A stretch of DNA of 54,510 nucleotides, taken from positions 1 to 54,510 of the forward strand of contig JBBDSX010000046.1 of assembly GCA_040904725.1 (NCBI GenBank), written 5' to 3'. The DNA comes from Egicoccus sp. Its GTDB lineage: Bacteria; Actinomycetota; Nitriliruptoria; Nitriliruptorales; Nitriliruptoraceae. Both the position numbers and the translations under genes were made by a program. Below, piece by piece: positions 27,452 to 37,880 of the stretch. Every line of letters starts with the position of its first letter. The first letter of the stretch is position 1. The notes below the pieces were generated by a model. That model worked only from the letters and a program-made list of their open reading frames with translations, was not told the origin of the DNA and did no database searches.

Positions 27452-29371
27452 GTGAAGGACCTGTTCATCGCGATCGTCGCCCTGTGCGCGCTGGCCGGCG
27501 CCGCCTACGGCGGGTGGTGGCTGCTCACCGAGAGCGACGTGTTCACCGGCGAGCAGGCGGAGGCGGTCGATCCCGCCGACACCGCGGCCGCCTTCGCCGC
27601 CGCCTGGGAGGCCGGCGACCTCGACCAGATGCTCGAGCTGACCCGCAACGAGCCCCCGACCATGCGGCCGGCCTACGAGCAGCTCGCCGAGGGGCTCGCC
27701 CCCGACGAGCTGCAGGCCGTCGCCGGCGAGGTCGAAAAGATCAGCGACGGCCGCGTGGCCGCGCCCGTGACGGTGACCCTCGTCGACGGCGAGTACGGCG
27801 AGGTCAGCTGGGACGTCGAACTCGAACTGCAGCGCGCCCGTGGCGAGTGGGCCGTCGTGTGGGGTCCGTCGAGCCTGCATCCGCTGTACCGCGACGGCAT
27901 GAGCTTCGAGGTCGTGCGCGAGGACCTCGACCGTGCCCCCATCCTGGCCGCCGACGGCGAACCGCTCGCCGGCGAGGGTGACCTGGTGACACTCGGCTTC
28001 GAGCCCCGCGGGGTCGAGGATCCGGAACTGCTCGCGGAGCGGTTCGAGGAGGTCGTGCCGGGTACGGGCGAGACGGTCGAGCGGACCTTCGCCCGCGGGG
28101 GCCTCGTCGACGGCTGGTTCTACCCCATCACCACGCTGCCGTCGGGCGTGGGGAGCGACGCCTGGGACGAACTCCGTGGCGTCGAGGGCACGCTTCGCCG
28201 GTCAGGCTCGGGCCGCGCCCTCTACGACATCGGCTTCGCCCAACACGTCGTCGGCACCGTTGCCGAGGCGACGGCCGAGCAACTCGAACAACTCGGCGAC
28301 CCGTACGAGCCGGGCGACGATGTCGGCCAGTTCGGGCTCGAAGCCGTGTACGAGTCGGACCTGATCGACGCGACCATGGTCCGCGTCGTCCTGCGCGAAC
28401 GGCCCGAGGGGCCCGTCCGCGAGGTACTCGGCGAGTCGCTGCAGGGCGGCGTCGACGCCGTGCGCACCACCATCGACGTCCCGGTCCAACGTGCGGTCGA
28501 GAACGCGTTGGCCGGCTTCGACGGCACCGGCGCGATCGTCGTGATCGGGACCGAGGACGGGGCGATCCGCGGCAGCGCGAGCCGGCCCTTGAACGAGTAC
28601 AACCGCGCCTTCGAGGGTCGCTACCCACCCGGCAGCACCTTCAAGATCGTCACCGCCGAGGCACTGCTCGCCAGCGGCCTGCAGCCCGGTAGCGAGGTCG
28701 CGTGCCCGGCGCAGACGCTCGTTGGCGGATTGTCGGTTCCCAACGCGGGCGGCCTCGAACTCGGCACGACCACGCTCGAGCAGGCCTTCGCCAACTCGTG
28801 CAACACCACGTTCGCGTCACTGGCGGCATCAGAGCTCGGCACCGACGGACTGACCGCCGCGACGCAACGGTTCGGCTTCGACGTCGCTCCCGAGCTGCCG
28901 CTGCCCGCCTTCGGGGCGTCGTTCCCCGCCCCGGCCGACACCGCCGAACTGGCCGCCGCCGCCTTCGGCCAGGCTCGCGTCGAGATCTCACCGCTGCACC
29001 TGGCCAGCGTGGCCGCAGCCGCGCGCTCCGGGGTCTGGCGTCCCCCGTACCTGATGGCCACCGACGAGGCCGGCGACGCCCGCCAGCTCAGCGGCGGCAC
29101 CCTCGAGGACCTGCGCGGGATGCTCCGTGCCGTGGTCACCGACGGCAACGGCACCGCCGCGAACGTCTCCGACGCGATCTCGGCCATGGAGGGCAAGACG
29201 GGCAGTGCGCAGGGGGCGGGGGGCGTCACCCACGCCTGGTTCGCCGGCTCGTGGGGGGAGTACGGTTTCGCGGTGCTCGTCGAGGACGGTGGCTCGGGCG
29301 CCGAGGTGGCCGCGCCGATCGCCGCCCGGTTCGCCGACGAACTCGCGGCACAGCTGGTCGAGGCCGACTGA
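27452..29371 (+). CDS. Class B penicillin-binding protein (MecA-N-like and transpeptidase domains), copy 1
   Basis: N-terminal TM anchor; SxxK (STFK), SxN (SCN), KTG and HAWF motifs. Start GTG 27452 with GAAGG RBS. Confidence 0.9.
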   Translation: MKDLFIAIVALCALAGAAYGGWWLLTESDVFTGEQAEAVDPADTAAAFAAAWEAGDLDQMLELTRNEPPTMRPAYEQLAEGLAPDELQAVAGEVEKISDGRVAAPVTVTLVDGEYGEVSWDVELELQRARGEWAVVWGPSSLHPLYRDGMSFEVVREDLDRAPILAADGEPLAGEGDLVTLGFEPRGVEDPELLAERFEEVVPGTGETVERTFARGGLVDGWFYPITTLPSGVGSDAWDELRGVEGTLRRSGSGRALYDIGFAQHVVGTVAEATAEQLEQLGDPYEPGDDVGQFGLEAVYESDLIDATMVRVVLRERPEGPVREVLGESLQGGVDAVRTTIDVPVQRAVENALAGFDGTGAIVVIGTEDGAIRGSASRPLNEYNRAFEGRYPPGSTFKIVTAEALLASGLQPGSEVACPAQTLVGGLSVPNAGGLELGTTTLEQAFANSCNTTFASLAASELGTDGLTAATQRFGFDVAPELPLPAFGASFPAPADTAELAAAAFGQARVEISPLHLASVAAAARSGVWRPPYLMATDEAGDARQLSGGTLEDLRGMLRAVVTDGNGTAANVSDAISAMEGKTGSAQGAGGVTHAWFAGSWGEYGFAVLVEDGGSGAEVAAPIAARFADELAAQLVEAD

Positions 29372-29439
29372 ACGGGCTGGGTCCCCCTTCTCCCAGCCGG
29401 CCGCGCCCCACCCCGTCAGTCACCACACCGGAGGACTCG

Positions 29440-30021
29440 ATGCCGACCCTGACGCTGACCGGTGAACCCGACGCCGACCGTCTGCTGTCCGACAACGCCT
29501 TCGCGCTGCTGGTCGGCATGCTGCTCGACCAGCAGATCGCGATGGAGCAGGCGTTCGCCGGCCCGGCACGCCTCGCCGAACGGTTGGAAGGTCCGCTGAC
29601 GCCCGCGACCGTCGCCGCACTCGACCCGGACCGGCTCGAGGAGGTGTTCCGCGTCAAGCCCGCCCTGCATCGGTACCCCGGGTCGATGGCCAAGCGCGTC
29701 CACGCCCTGGCCACGACACTGGTCGAGGACCACGACGGCGACACCGAGGCGGTCTGGCGGGACGCCGCCGACGGGCGCGACCTCAAGCGGCGGTTGACGC
29801 AGCTGCCCGGCTTCGGCGACCAGAAGGCACGGATCTTCGTCGCGCTGCTCGGCAAGCAGTGCGGGGTGACGCCAGACGGCTGGCGCGAGGCCGCCGGCGA
29901 CTACGGCCTCGACGGCCACCGCTCGATCGCCGACGTGGTCGGCCACGAGAGCCTGCTCGAGGTCCGCGCGTGGAAGCAGGCCAAGAAGGCCAGGGCCAAG
30001 GCCGAGGCGGAGCAGTCCTAG
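29440..30021 (+). CDS. HhH-GPD-type base excision DNA repair protein (actinobacterial family)
   Basis: [22 protein letters not shown], HhH motif [12 protein letters not shown] and RSIADV. GGAGG RBS. Confidence 0.88.
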   Translation: MPTLTLTGEPDADRLLSDNAFALLVGMLLDQQIAMEQAFAGPARLAERLEGPLTPATVAALDPDRLEEVFRVKPALHRYPGSMAKRVHALATTLVEDHDGDTEAVWRDAADGRDLKRRLTQLPGFGDQKARIFVALLGKQCGVTPDGWREAAGDYGLDGHRSIADVVGHESLLEVRAWKQAKKARAKAEAEQS

Positions 30022-30179
30022 GACTCGGGGACCACGGCGTACTGGAACAGCAGCATCGTGGCCAGCCCCATGGCCAGCATGCCGGCCGGCGCCCAGGACC
30101 AGCCCTTGCTCCACGGCCACAGCGGCGCGGCCAGCACCGTCAGCAGCGCGATGGTCACGACCGGGACGAGGGTTTCCAT
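30018..30179 (-). CDS. Small membrane protein, DUF3309-like (53 aa)
   Basis: Two hydrophobic helices joined by [15 protein letters not shown], resembling the DUF3309 P.WP.S..W...P.G motif. TACGTT -10 element 7 nt upstream of the ATG. Confidence 0.62.
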   Translation of the reverse strand: METLVPVVTIALLTVLAAPLWPWSKGWSWAPAGMLAMGLATMLLFQYAVVPES

Positions 30180-30337
30180 GCGCGGGAACGTACCGCGCAA
30201 TGGGCGGCGCTCGGACCCGGTCCCGATGGGCCGGACGTCCACGCCGCGCACGGCCGCGTGGGCCACTACCGTTCCCGGCTACCGCTCGCCCCGCCAGGGT
30301 CGGTTCGACCCGGCGACGACCTGATATGGATGCGCTC

Positions 30338-31246
30338 GTGAAGCTCGCGATTCTCTCGCGCAACTCGCAGCTGTACTCGACCCGCCGCCTGCGTGAGGCG
30401 GCGGAACAGCGCGGACACGAGGTCCGCATCGTCGATTACCTGCGCTGCGTCATCGACATCACCTCGCACCGGCCAGCCATCCACTACGGCGGCGCCCGGT
30501 TGGAAGAGGTCGACGCCGTGATCCCGAGGATCGGGGCCACGCACACCTTTTACGGCACCGCCGTCGTGCGCCAGTTCGAGATGATGGGCGTGTATGCGAC
30601 CGTCGACTCCCAGGCCATCTCGCGTTCCCGTGACAAGCTGCGCTCGCTGCAGTTGCTCGCGGCCGAAGGCGTCGGCCTGCCCGTCACGTCGTTCGCGCAC
30701 TCGACCAAGGACATCGACGGACTGATCTCGCTGGTCGGTGGCGCGCCGGTCGTGGTCAAGCTGCTCGAGGGCACGCAGGGCATGGGCGTGGTGCTGGCCG
30801 AGACCAAGAAGGCCGCCGAGTCCGTGATCGGCGCCTTCCGGCAACTCAACGCCAACATCCTCGTGCAGGAGTTCATCAAGGAAGCGGGCGGCTCGGACAT
30901 CCGCGCCTTCGTGGTCGGCAACCGCGTCGTCGCCGCGATGGAGCGCACCGCGGCACCGGGCGACTTCCGGTCGAACGTCCACCGCGGGGGCGAGGCCAGG
31001 AAGATCCGCCTCACCCCCGAGGAACGGGCCGCCGCCAAGCGCGCCGCGAAGTTGCTCGGTCTCAACGTCGCCGGTGTCGACCTGATGCGTTCCAACCACG
31101 GCCCGGTCGTCCTCGAGGTCAACTCGTCGCCGGGACTCGAGGGCATCGAGGGCGCCACCGGGATCGACGTCGCCGCCAAGGTGATCGACTTCATCGAGGC
31201 CAACGCCGACGTCAAGTCCACCACGCGGTCGCGCAAGAAGGCGTGA
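30338..31246 (+). CDS. rimK: RimK family ATP-grasp L-glutamate ligase
   Basis: [51 protein letters not shown] and [13 protein letters not shown]. Alternative start ATG 30326. Confidence 0.92.
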   Translation: MKLAILSRNSQLYSTRRLREAAEQRGHEVRIVDYLRCVIDITSHRPAIHYGGARLEEVDAVIPRIGATHTFYGTAVVRQFEMMGVYATVDSQAISRSRDKLRSLQLLAAEGVGLPVTSFAHSTKDIDGLISLVGGAPVVVKLLEGTQGMGVVLAETKKAAESVIGAFRQLNANILVQEFIKEAGGSDIRAFVVGNRVVAAMERTAAPGDFRSNVHRGGEARKIRLTPEERAAAKRAAKLLGLNVAGVDLMRSNHGPVVLEVNSSPGLEGIEGATGIDVAAKVIDFIEANADVKSTTRSRKKA

Positions 31247-33141
31247 GGCGGGCCCTGCTCGCGGTCGCGGCGCTGGCGCTCGTGGCCGCGGCGACCGGCT
31301 GGTGGTGGTGGACCAACCGCGACCCCGGTCCGGTTCCGGCCGCCGAGGCGTTCGTCGCGGCCTGGAACGACGGCGACCTCGCCGGTGGGCCGTTCGACAC
31401 CGCTCCGGCGACGGTCCGCGAGCAGTACACCGCCCTGACCTCCGGACTCGTGGAAGGTGCGGGGGCCGAGGGGCCGACGGTCGCCCTGACGTCGGTGTCG
31501 GAGCCGGTCGAGGGTCGGTCGACGGCCGAGTACACGGTGACCTGGACGCTGGCCGACGGGCAGCCGTGGCGCTATGCGGCGGCCGCAGATCTCATGCGAG
31601 TCGAAGAGGGGTGGCGGTTCTCGTTCGCACCCGGTCTGGTCCACCCCGACCTGACCGACGACCTGCGACTGGCGACCACGCGGACGCGACCGCAGCGCGG
31701 TGACCTGCTGGCCGCCGACGGCACGCCGCTGGTGACCGACCGTCCCGTCGTCGACGTCGGTGTGCACCCCGCACTGGTCGACGACGTCGACGCCCTGGCC
31801 GCGACGCTGCGCGACGTGCTCGACATCAGCGCCGACGGACTCGAGGAACGCATCACCTCGGTCGACCCGGACCAGTTCGTGCCGGTGATCACGCTGCGCG
31901 AACCCGCCTGGGACGATGTCGAGGCACGACTGCGTGACGTGGCCGGCGTGGTCGGACGCCGCGGCCAGTTGCCGTTGGCGCCGACGGCGGAGTTCGCCCG
32001 ACCACTGCTCGGACGCACCGGGCCGGTGACCGCCGAACTCGTCGAGGAGTATCCCGAGCGCTACGCGGCAGGCGACACCGCGGGACTGTCGGGGCTGCTG
32101 CGCCGCTACGACGAGCACCTCGCGGGACGTCCCGGCATGCAGATCGTCGCCACGCCGGTCGACGGCGCCGCGGATGACACGTCCACGACGGTCCTGCACG
32201 AGCGACGGGCCGTCGACGGCGACCCGGTCCGGATCACGCTCGACGAACGCATCCAGCGGGCCGCCGACACGACGCTGGCCGGCGTCGCGTTCCCGAGCGC
32301 ACTCGTCGCCATCCGGGTGAGCGACGGACACGTCGTGGCCGTCGCGAACGGACCGGGCACGGACGGACTCGACGTCGCCACGCGGGGCCGCTACGCGCCC
32401 GGGTCGACGTTCAAGGTCGTCACGACCGCGGCGTTGCTCGCGCAGGGCCTCGAACCCGACGAGGCCGTCGGCTGCCCGGCGGAGGCGGTCGTCGACGGGC
32501 GGGCGTTCACCAACGCCGAGGACGGTGCCCGGGGCCAGATCCCGTTCCACGAGGCGTTCGCGCAGTCGTGCAACACCACGTTCGTCTCGCTCGCCGCCGA
32601 TCTCGGCCCCGAGACACTCGCGACGACGGGTGCCGACTTCGGTCTCGGCGGCGCGCACACGTTGGGCGTCGACGCGTTCACCGGTGAGGTCCCCACGACC
32701 GAAGCAGGCACGGACCAGGCCGCCGCCGCCATCGGCCAGGGCCGCATCCTGGTCAGCCCGCTGGCAATGGCGGACGTCGCGGCGACGGTGGCCCGCAGGG
32801 CACACCTGCCGCCCTCGCTCGTTCTCGCGCCGCGCCCCGGGGACGCCACCGCCGAGACGCCGCTGGACCCCGAGATCGCGGCGACGCTGCAGCAACTGAT
32901 GCGCGATGTGGTGACCGACGGCAGCGGCGGCGCGGTCGCCGACGTCCCGGGTGCACCGGTCCACGGCAAGACGGGGACGGCCGAGTACGGCACGACGACG
33001 CCACCACGGACCCACGCCTGGTTCATCGGCTTCCAGGACGACCTCGCGTTCGCGGTGCTGGTCGCCGAGACCGAGGACAGCTACGGCGGCCGGGTCGCGG
33101 CGCCGCTGGCCGCCGACTTCCTGCAGCGCCTGACGGACTGA
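31243..33141 (+). CDS. Class B penicillin-binding protein, copy 2
   Basis: N-terminal TM; STFK, SCN, KTGTAE and HAWF motifs; GTGA overlap with the rimK stop. Confidence 0.9.
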   Translation: MRRALLAVAALALVAAATGWWWWTNRDPGPVPAAEAFVAAWNDGDLAGGPFDTAPATVREQYTALTSGLVEGAGAEGPTVALTSVSEPVEGRSTAEYTVTWTLADGQPWRYAAAADLMRVEEGWRFSFAPGLVHPDLTDDLRLATTRTRPQRGDLLAADGTPLVTDRPVVDVGVHPALVDDVDALAATLRDVLDISADGLEERITSVDPDQFVPVITLREPAWDDVEARLRDVAGVVGRRGQLPLAPTAEFARPLLGRTGPVTAELVEEYPERYAAGDTAGLSGLLRRYDEHLAGRPGMQIVATPVDGAADDTSTTVLHERRAVDGDPVRITLDERIQRAADTTLAGVAFPSALVAIRVSDGHVVAVANGPGTDGLDVATRGRYAPGSTFKVVTTAALLAQGLEPDEAVGCPAEAVVDGRAFTNAEDGARGQIPFHEAFAQSCNTTFVSLAADLGPETLATTGADFGLGGAHTLGVDAFTGEVPTTEAGTDQAAAAIGQGRILVSPLAMADVAATVARRAHLPPSLVLAPRPGDATAETPLDPEIAATLQQLMRDVVTDGSGGAVADVPGAPVHGKTGTAEYGTTTPPRTHAWFIGFQDDLAFAVLVAETEDSYGGRVAAPLAADFLQRLTD

Positions 33142-33166
33142 CCGGCCCGGTCGAGAACGGGACCCG

Positions 33167-34597
33167 TCAGCGGGCGTCGTCGCGCCCTCGCGGCGCAGTG
33201 GAGGTGTCGGCCACCACGGCCTCCCAGGCCTTCCGGGCGCCGATCAGGACCGGGTCCCACAGGGGGGAGAACGGCGGCGCGTACGAGAGGTCGACGTTGA
33301 GTAGTTCCTCGACCGTCATGCGGTTCCACAGGGCCGCGGCGAAGGTGTCGATCCGCTTGCAGGAGCCCTCACCGCCCACGATCTGGGCCCCGAGGAGCCG
33401 GCCCGAGCGCCGTTCGGCGATGACCTTGACGTCCATGGTGGCCGTGTCCGGCCAGTAGCCCGCCTTCGTGGTGGTCTCCACGATCGTGGTGACCGGGTGG
33501 AACCCGGCGGCCTCGGCGTCGCGCTCACCAAGGCCGGTACGGCCGATCTCGACCCCGCACACCTTGGTCACCGCGGTCCCGAGGACGCCGGGGAAGGTCG
33601 CGTAGCCACCGCCGAGGTTGATGCCGGCGACCCGCCCGGTCTTGTTCGCGATCGTGCCCAGGGCGATCGCCGCCGGGGCTCGGGTGACGCGGTGGTGCAC
33701 CTCGGCGCAGTCCCCGGCCGCCCAGACCCCGTCGACACGACTGCGCTGGCGCAGGTCGACCACGATGGCACCGGTCTCGGGACCGACCGGGATGCCGGCG
33801 TCACGGGCGAGATCGCTGTTCGGACGTGTCCCCATCCCGAGCACCACGATGTCGGCGTCGAGGGTCCCGTCGCCGGTGACCACGGCGCGCAGTGCACCGT
33901 CGGCATGCTCGACGGACTCGACCGCCGTGCCGAGGTGGAGTCGGATTCCCATCTTCCGCATCGCCTCGGCGACACGGTCGCCCATGTCGGCGTCGAGGGT
34001 CGACATCGGACGTCCGGAGCGTTCGACGAGGTCGACCTCGTAGCCCCGCACGACCATCGCCTCGGCCATCTCGAGGCCGATGTAGCCGGCTCCCACGACG
34101 ACGGCACGACGGACGTCGCGGCCGGCGACGTGATCGAGGATCGCCTGCCCGTCGTCGAGGGTCTGCACCCCGAACACGCCAGGGCCGTCCAGTCCGGGAA
34201 TGGGGGGACGCACCGGAGTCGCGCCGGTCGCCAGCAGCAGGTGGTCGTAGCCGACCTGGTCCTCGCGCCCGGCGTCGAGGTCACGGACCCGGACCCGGCC
34301 GGCCTGCGTGTCGATGCCGACCACCTCGTGGCGGATACGGGCGTCGATGGACTGTCGCTCACGGAACTCCTGCGGCGTGCGCACGACGAGGTCGTCGCGT
34401 TCGTCGACCACGTCACCGATCCAGTACGGGATCCCGCAGGCGGAGTACGAGGTGTCGGTGCCGCGCTCGAAGGCCACGATCTCGAGGTCGTCGGGACCGA
34501 TGCGGCGACGCGCCTGGCTGGCGGCGCTCATCCCGGCGGCGTCACCACCGACCACGACGAGGCGTCGTCTGCCGGACCCCGGGGATGGCGTGGTCAT
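33167..34597 (-). CDS. FAD-dependent pyridine nucleotide-disulfide oxidoreductase (CoA-disulfide reductase / NADH oxidase type)
   Basis: GGDAAG, single redox Cys in SYSACGIPY, ATG, GAGYIG, WAAGDC and C-terminal YAPPFS; ATGA overlap with the upstream gene. Confidence 0.9.
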   Translation of the reverse strand: MTTPSPGSGRRRLVVVGGDAAGMSAASQARRRIGPDDLEIVAFERGTDTSYSACGIPYWIGDVVDERDDLVVRTPQEFRERQSIDARIRHEVVGIDTQAGRVRVRDLDAGREDQVGYDHLLLATGATPVRPPIPGLDGPGVFGVQTLDDGQAILDHVAGRDVRRAVVVGAGYIGLEMAEAMVVRGYEVDLVERSGRPMSTLDADMGDRVAEAMRKMGIRLHLGTAVESVEHADGALRAVVTGDGTLDADIVVLGMGTRPNSDLARDAGIPVGPETGAIVVDLRQRSRVDGVWAAGDCAEVHHRVTRAPAAIALGTIANKTGRVAGINLGGGYATFPGVLGTAVTKVCGVEIGRTGLGERDAEAAGFHPVTTIVETTTKAGYWPDTATMDVKVIAERRSGRLLGAQIVGGEGSCKRIDTFAAALWNRMTVEELLNVDLSYAPPFSPLWDPVLIGARKAWEAVVADTSTAPRGRDDAR

Positions 34598-35091
34598 GAC
34601 GCGTCCGTCCGGCGGTGCAGGGTCGCGGCGAGATGATGGGTCTCGGGCGTGTCCGCGTGCGCCATCCACAGGTCGTACGACAGGGTGTCGCCGTCGAGCA
34701 CGAACCGGCGGCGCAGTGCGTGGACGGCCTTGGCGGTCGACGTCCGGCCCAGGCCGGTCGCGCGAAGGTCGAGCACGCCGTCGACGAACCCGCCCTCGTC
34801 GACCTCCACGATGCCGAAGGGATGGGCGAGCACGAGTTCCCCGCGGACCGGCCGCTCGTGCGGCGGGGTGACGACGCGCAGGTAGCCGGTTTCGCTGTGC
34901 ATCGGCTCACCGGTGGCCGGATTGCTGGTGCGCTGGGCATAGGTGAAGAACGGCTTGCCAACGTGCCCGAACGTGACCTCTTCGTGGTAGGTGAAGTCCT
35001 CGATCGTCGGGTAGTGGCCGGCCCCCTCGCCCGCCCACGTGCCCAACAGACCGGCGAGCGGTTCGAGGTTGTCGTGCAGATCGGCGGCCAC
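34594..35091 (-). CDS. Nitrobindin / FABP-like (DUF1794) heme-binding beta-barrel protein
   Basis: LLGTWAGEG.G.YPTI, HVGKPF, H.ETGY and C-terminal HL..TL with the putative heme-ligand His. Confidence 0.85.
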   Translation of the reverse strand: MAADLHDNLEPLAGLLGTWAGEGAGHYPTIEDFTYHEEVTFGHVGKPFFTYAQRTSNPATGEPMHSETGYLRVVTPPHERPVRGELVLAHPFGIVEVDEGGFVDGVLDLRATGLGRTSTAKAVHALRRRFVLDGDTLSYDLWMAHADTPETHHLAATLHRRTDAS

Positions 35092-35096
35092 GGTGA

Positions 35097-35477
35097 CTAC
35101 TGGACGGCGAGCAGGTCGACGACGAACACCAGGGTCTCGCCCGGCGCGATGACGCCACCGGCACCGCGGTCGCCGTAGGCGAGGTGGGGCGGGATGATCA
35201 GGCGACGGCGACCGCCGACCCGCATGCCCTGGACACCCTGGTCCCAGCCGTCGATGACCTCGCGGGCACCGAGCCCGAAGGTGAACGGCCCACGCTCCCA
35301 GGAGGCGTCGAATTCCTCGCGGTCGGACCAGGAGATGCCGACGTAGTGGACCGAGACGCGGGTCCCGGCGACCGCCTCGTCACCGTCGCCGACGGCGAGG
35401 TCGTCGCGGACCAGTTCGGCCGGCGGTGGCGTCCCCGGCTCGGGCAGGTCGGTGGCCGGGTCGGGTCGCTGTGGCAT
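35097..35477 (-). CDS. FKBP-type peptidyl-prolyl cis-trans isomerase
   Basis: VHYVG, FDASW, VIDGWDQG, MRVGGRRRLIIPPHLAYG and LVFVVDL. Confidence 0.93.
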   Translation of the reverse strand: MPQRPDPATDLPEPGTPPPAELVRDDLAVGDGDEAVAGTRVSVHYVGISWSDREEFDASWERGPFTFGLGAREVIDGWDQGVQGMRVGGRRRLIIPPHLAYGDRGAGGVIAPGETLVFVVDLLAVQ

Positions 35478-35604
35478 GTCGTGGTCCTGTCGGGCTGCGG
35501 CCGTGTCGGGGACACCGTGCGACGAGGGGGTCGGTCGTTGGCGCACGGCCGAGCGTAGCCCTTCACCGGATCGGGCCGCCGCTGCCACGGGGTAGCGTCC
35601 CCCC

Positions 35605-36546
35605 ATGCTGCTTCCCGTCCTCGGCGTCGTCGCCGGCCTCGCGCTGCTCACCGTCTCGGCCGACCAGTTCGTGGCCGGGGCGGCCCGCATCGCCGCCGCT
35701 CTGCGGCTGTCCGCGGTGGTCATCGGCGCCGTCGTGATCGGCTTCGGCACCAGCGCGCCCGAGATGGTGGTGTCAGCGATCGCCGCCGGTCAGGGATCGC
35801 TCGACATCGCCGTCGGCAACATCGTCGGGTCCAATGTCGCCAACCTGAGCCTGGTACTCGGGGTCGCGGCGCTGGTCACGCCGATCCTGGTCGGCTCGAC
35901 GGTCCTGCGCCGGGAAGCGCCGCTGTCGCTGGGCGTTACGCTCGTCTTCGCCGTGCTCGTGCAGGGCGGACTCAGCCGTTGGAACGCCGTGATACTCGGC
36001 GTCCTGCTCGTCGGCGCGCTCACGCTGATCCTGCGGCAGGCACGTGGCGGCGATGACGCGCTGTCCGGCGAGGTCGACGAGTACCTCGGCGACGACCCGC
36101 CCTCGCTGCCACGCGAATGGATCCGCACCGTGCTCGGGCTGTTGGGGACCCTGGGCGCAGCACAGATCCTGGTCTCCTCGGCGACCACCATCGCTGCCGA
36201 GATCGGCCTCGCCGAGGGATTCGTCGGCCTGACGATCGTCGCGATCGGCACCTCACTCCCGGAACTGGCGACCGCGATCCAGGCCGCCCGCAAGGGCGAG
36301 ACCGACCTGATCGTCGGCAACCTGCTGGGCAGCAACCTGTTCAACGTCGGTGCCGTCGCGACCCTGGCCGGGCTCATCGGCCCCGGGCCGCTGTCCGATC
36401 CCACCATCGTGGGGTTCGCGACCCTGCTCATGGTCGCCGTCGCGGTCCTGGCCACGCTCTTCATGATGACCGGGAGGCGCGTGGTGCGGTGGGAGGCTGC
36501 GGTGCTGCTCGGCGGCTACCTCGTCTGTGTGCCGCTGCTGGCCTGA
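35605..36546 (+). CDS. Calcium/sodium antiporter (CaCA/YrbG family)
   Basis: Alpha-repeats GTSAPE...GNIVGSN and GTSLPE...GNLLGSN; about 10 TM helices. TAGCGT -10 element 6 nt upstream of the ATG. Confidence 0.92.
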   Translation: MLLPVLGVVAGLALLTVSADQFVAGAARIAAALRLSAVVIGAVVIGFGTSAPEMVVSAIAAGQGSLDIAVGNIVGSNVANLSLVLGVAALVTPILVGSTVLRREAPLSLGVTLVFAVLVQGGLSRWNAVILGVLLVGALTLILRQARGGDDALSGEVDEYLGDDPPSLPREWIRTVLGLLGTLGAAQILVSSATTIAAEIGLAEGFVGLTIVAIGTSLPELATAIQAARKGETDLIVGNLLGSNLFNVGAVATLAGLIGPGPLSDPTIVGFATLLMVAVAVLATLFMMTGRRVVRWEAAVLLGGYLVCVPLLA

Positions 36547-36555
36547 TCGGCGGCC

Positions 36556-37425
36556 TCAGGCGTCGTCCTCGGGCTGATCGGGGGGCGACGGCTGTGGTTC
36601 GGTGGGTTGCGGGCTCGGCTCGGGCTTCGGCTTCGGCGAGGGCTTCGGCTCGCTGGGCTCCGGCTCCGGCTCCGGCTCCGGCTCGGGTTCCGGCTCCGGA
36701 TCGGGTTCCGGCTCCGGCTCGGGTTCCGGCTCGGGTTCGGGCTCCGGCTCGGGCTCCGGCTCGGGTTCCGGCTCGGGTGCGCGGCGACGGGGCACCCGCT
36801 CCTCGCGGACGGGTTCGCGCATCAGCCGGTCGAGGTCGTCGTACCAGCCGGCTTCTTCGGCCAGTACCGGACGGTCGAGATTGACCGTGTCGGGCGCAGG
36901 TACGACCGCGGGGGCATCGCAGTCCGGACCGTTGAGTTCGCGCACCTGTTCGACCTCGGTCGGCTGTTCCCCGACCAGGGCGATGCGCACACGCAGTTCG
37001 GCGACGACCCGGCCACAGGCGGGCTCGCCGGCAGGCAACAGGTGCAGCGGCGTCTCCGCCAACTCGCCGGCACTCATCGGGCGGGCCGCCGGACCGTCGA
37101 CCACGACGGGCGCGGGACCGTCCCCGGTCGAGCGGATCGCGGCGTACATGACCAGTCGCGTGTCGGCGTCGAGGGTGCGACCCCGGGCGTCGCTCAGGGC
37201 GACCCGCACGGGCGCGCGATGCTCGGCCACGAGGTGCTCGGGGGTCATCAGGTGCAGGCGCAGGCCGGACCCGCCGGTCTGCGCGATGGTCACCGCCGTG
37301 TCGGCCTCGGCCTCGGCCTCGACCTCACCGGCCGCAGCCACGACGATGCCGTCGTCGGCCCACGAGTCGAGCGCCCACCAGGCCAACGCACCCAGTGCGA
37401 CCAGCCACACCAGTGTCCCGGCCAT
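36556..37425 (-). CDS. Membrane-anchored hypothetical protein with C-terminal Pro-Glu repeat tail; start uncertain
   Basis: Hydrophobic N-terminal helix ([15 protein letters not shown]), a globular region with two Cys, then (PE)n. Fills the gap between yrbG and the MoaD-like gene. Confidence 0.6.
   Translation of the reverse strand: MAGTLVWLVALGALAWWALDSWADDGIVVAAAGEVEAEAEADTAVTIAQTGGSGLRLHLMTPEHLVAEHRAPVRVALSDARGRTLDADTRLVMYAAIRSTGDGPAPVVVDGPAARPMSAGELAETPLHLLPAGEPACGRVVAELRVRIALVGEQPTEVEQVRELNGPDCDAPAVVPAPDTVNLDRPVLAEEAGWYDDLDRLMREPVREERVPRRRAPEPEPEPEPEPEPEPEPEPEPEPEPDPEPEPEPEPEPEPEPSEPKPSPKPKPEPSPQPTEPQPSPPDQPEDDA
36611..36778 (-). repeat. Hexanucleotide tandem repeat encoding about 20 Pro-Glu dipeptides followed by PK/PS units
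   Basis: Units CCGGAG, CCCGAG, CCGGAA and CCGGAT with synonymous variation. Confidence 0.9.
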
Positions 37426-37588
37426 GATGCGTCCGGGTCGAACTGCCTTGGCGCCCACGTGCTCCACCGTCTGTCGATCGTCGTCCTGCAGAGGCGCCAG
37501 TGTCACCTCGTGGACGGTTGACCGAAGGCGGCCGTTCGGGCCCCGTGCCGGCCGTGGGGACACCGGCCGAGCGGCCCGCGCGGGCCGA

Positions 37589-37864
37589 TCAGGTGCCGCC
37601 GGCCACCGCCGGCACGATGGAGAGCGTGTCGTCGGGTGCGACCGGGGTGTCGAGCCCGGCGCGGGTGCGGATCTCCGCGTCGCCTACGAACACGTTGACG
37701 TAGCGGTGCAGTCGACCATCGGCGTCGAGCAGCCGTCCGCCGACGCCCGGGTACAACGCCTCGAGGCCGGCGATCACGCTGCGCACGTCCTGTCCCGTCA
37801 CCTCGATCTCGGGGCGCCCGCCGGCGAGGTGGCGCAGGGGCGAGGGAATACGGACCGTCGGCAT
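37589..37864 (-). CDS. MoaD/ThiS/CysO family ubiquitin-like sulfur carrier
   Basis: [19 protein letters not shown]...[14 protein letters not shown]; GGGAG RBS. Confidence 0.88.
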   Translation of the reverse strand: MPTVRIPSPLRHLAGGRPEIEVTGQDVRSVIAGLEALYPGVGGRLLDADGRLHRYVNVFVGDAEIRTRAGLDTPVAPDDTLSIVPAVAGGT

Positions 37865-37880
37865 CGCGGACTCCCCGACC

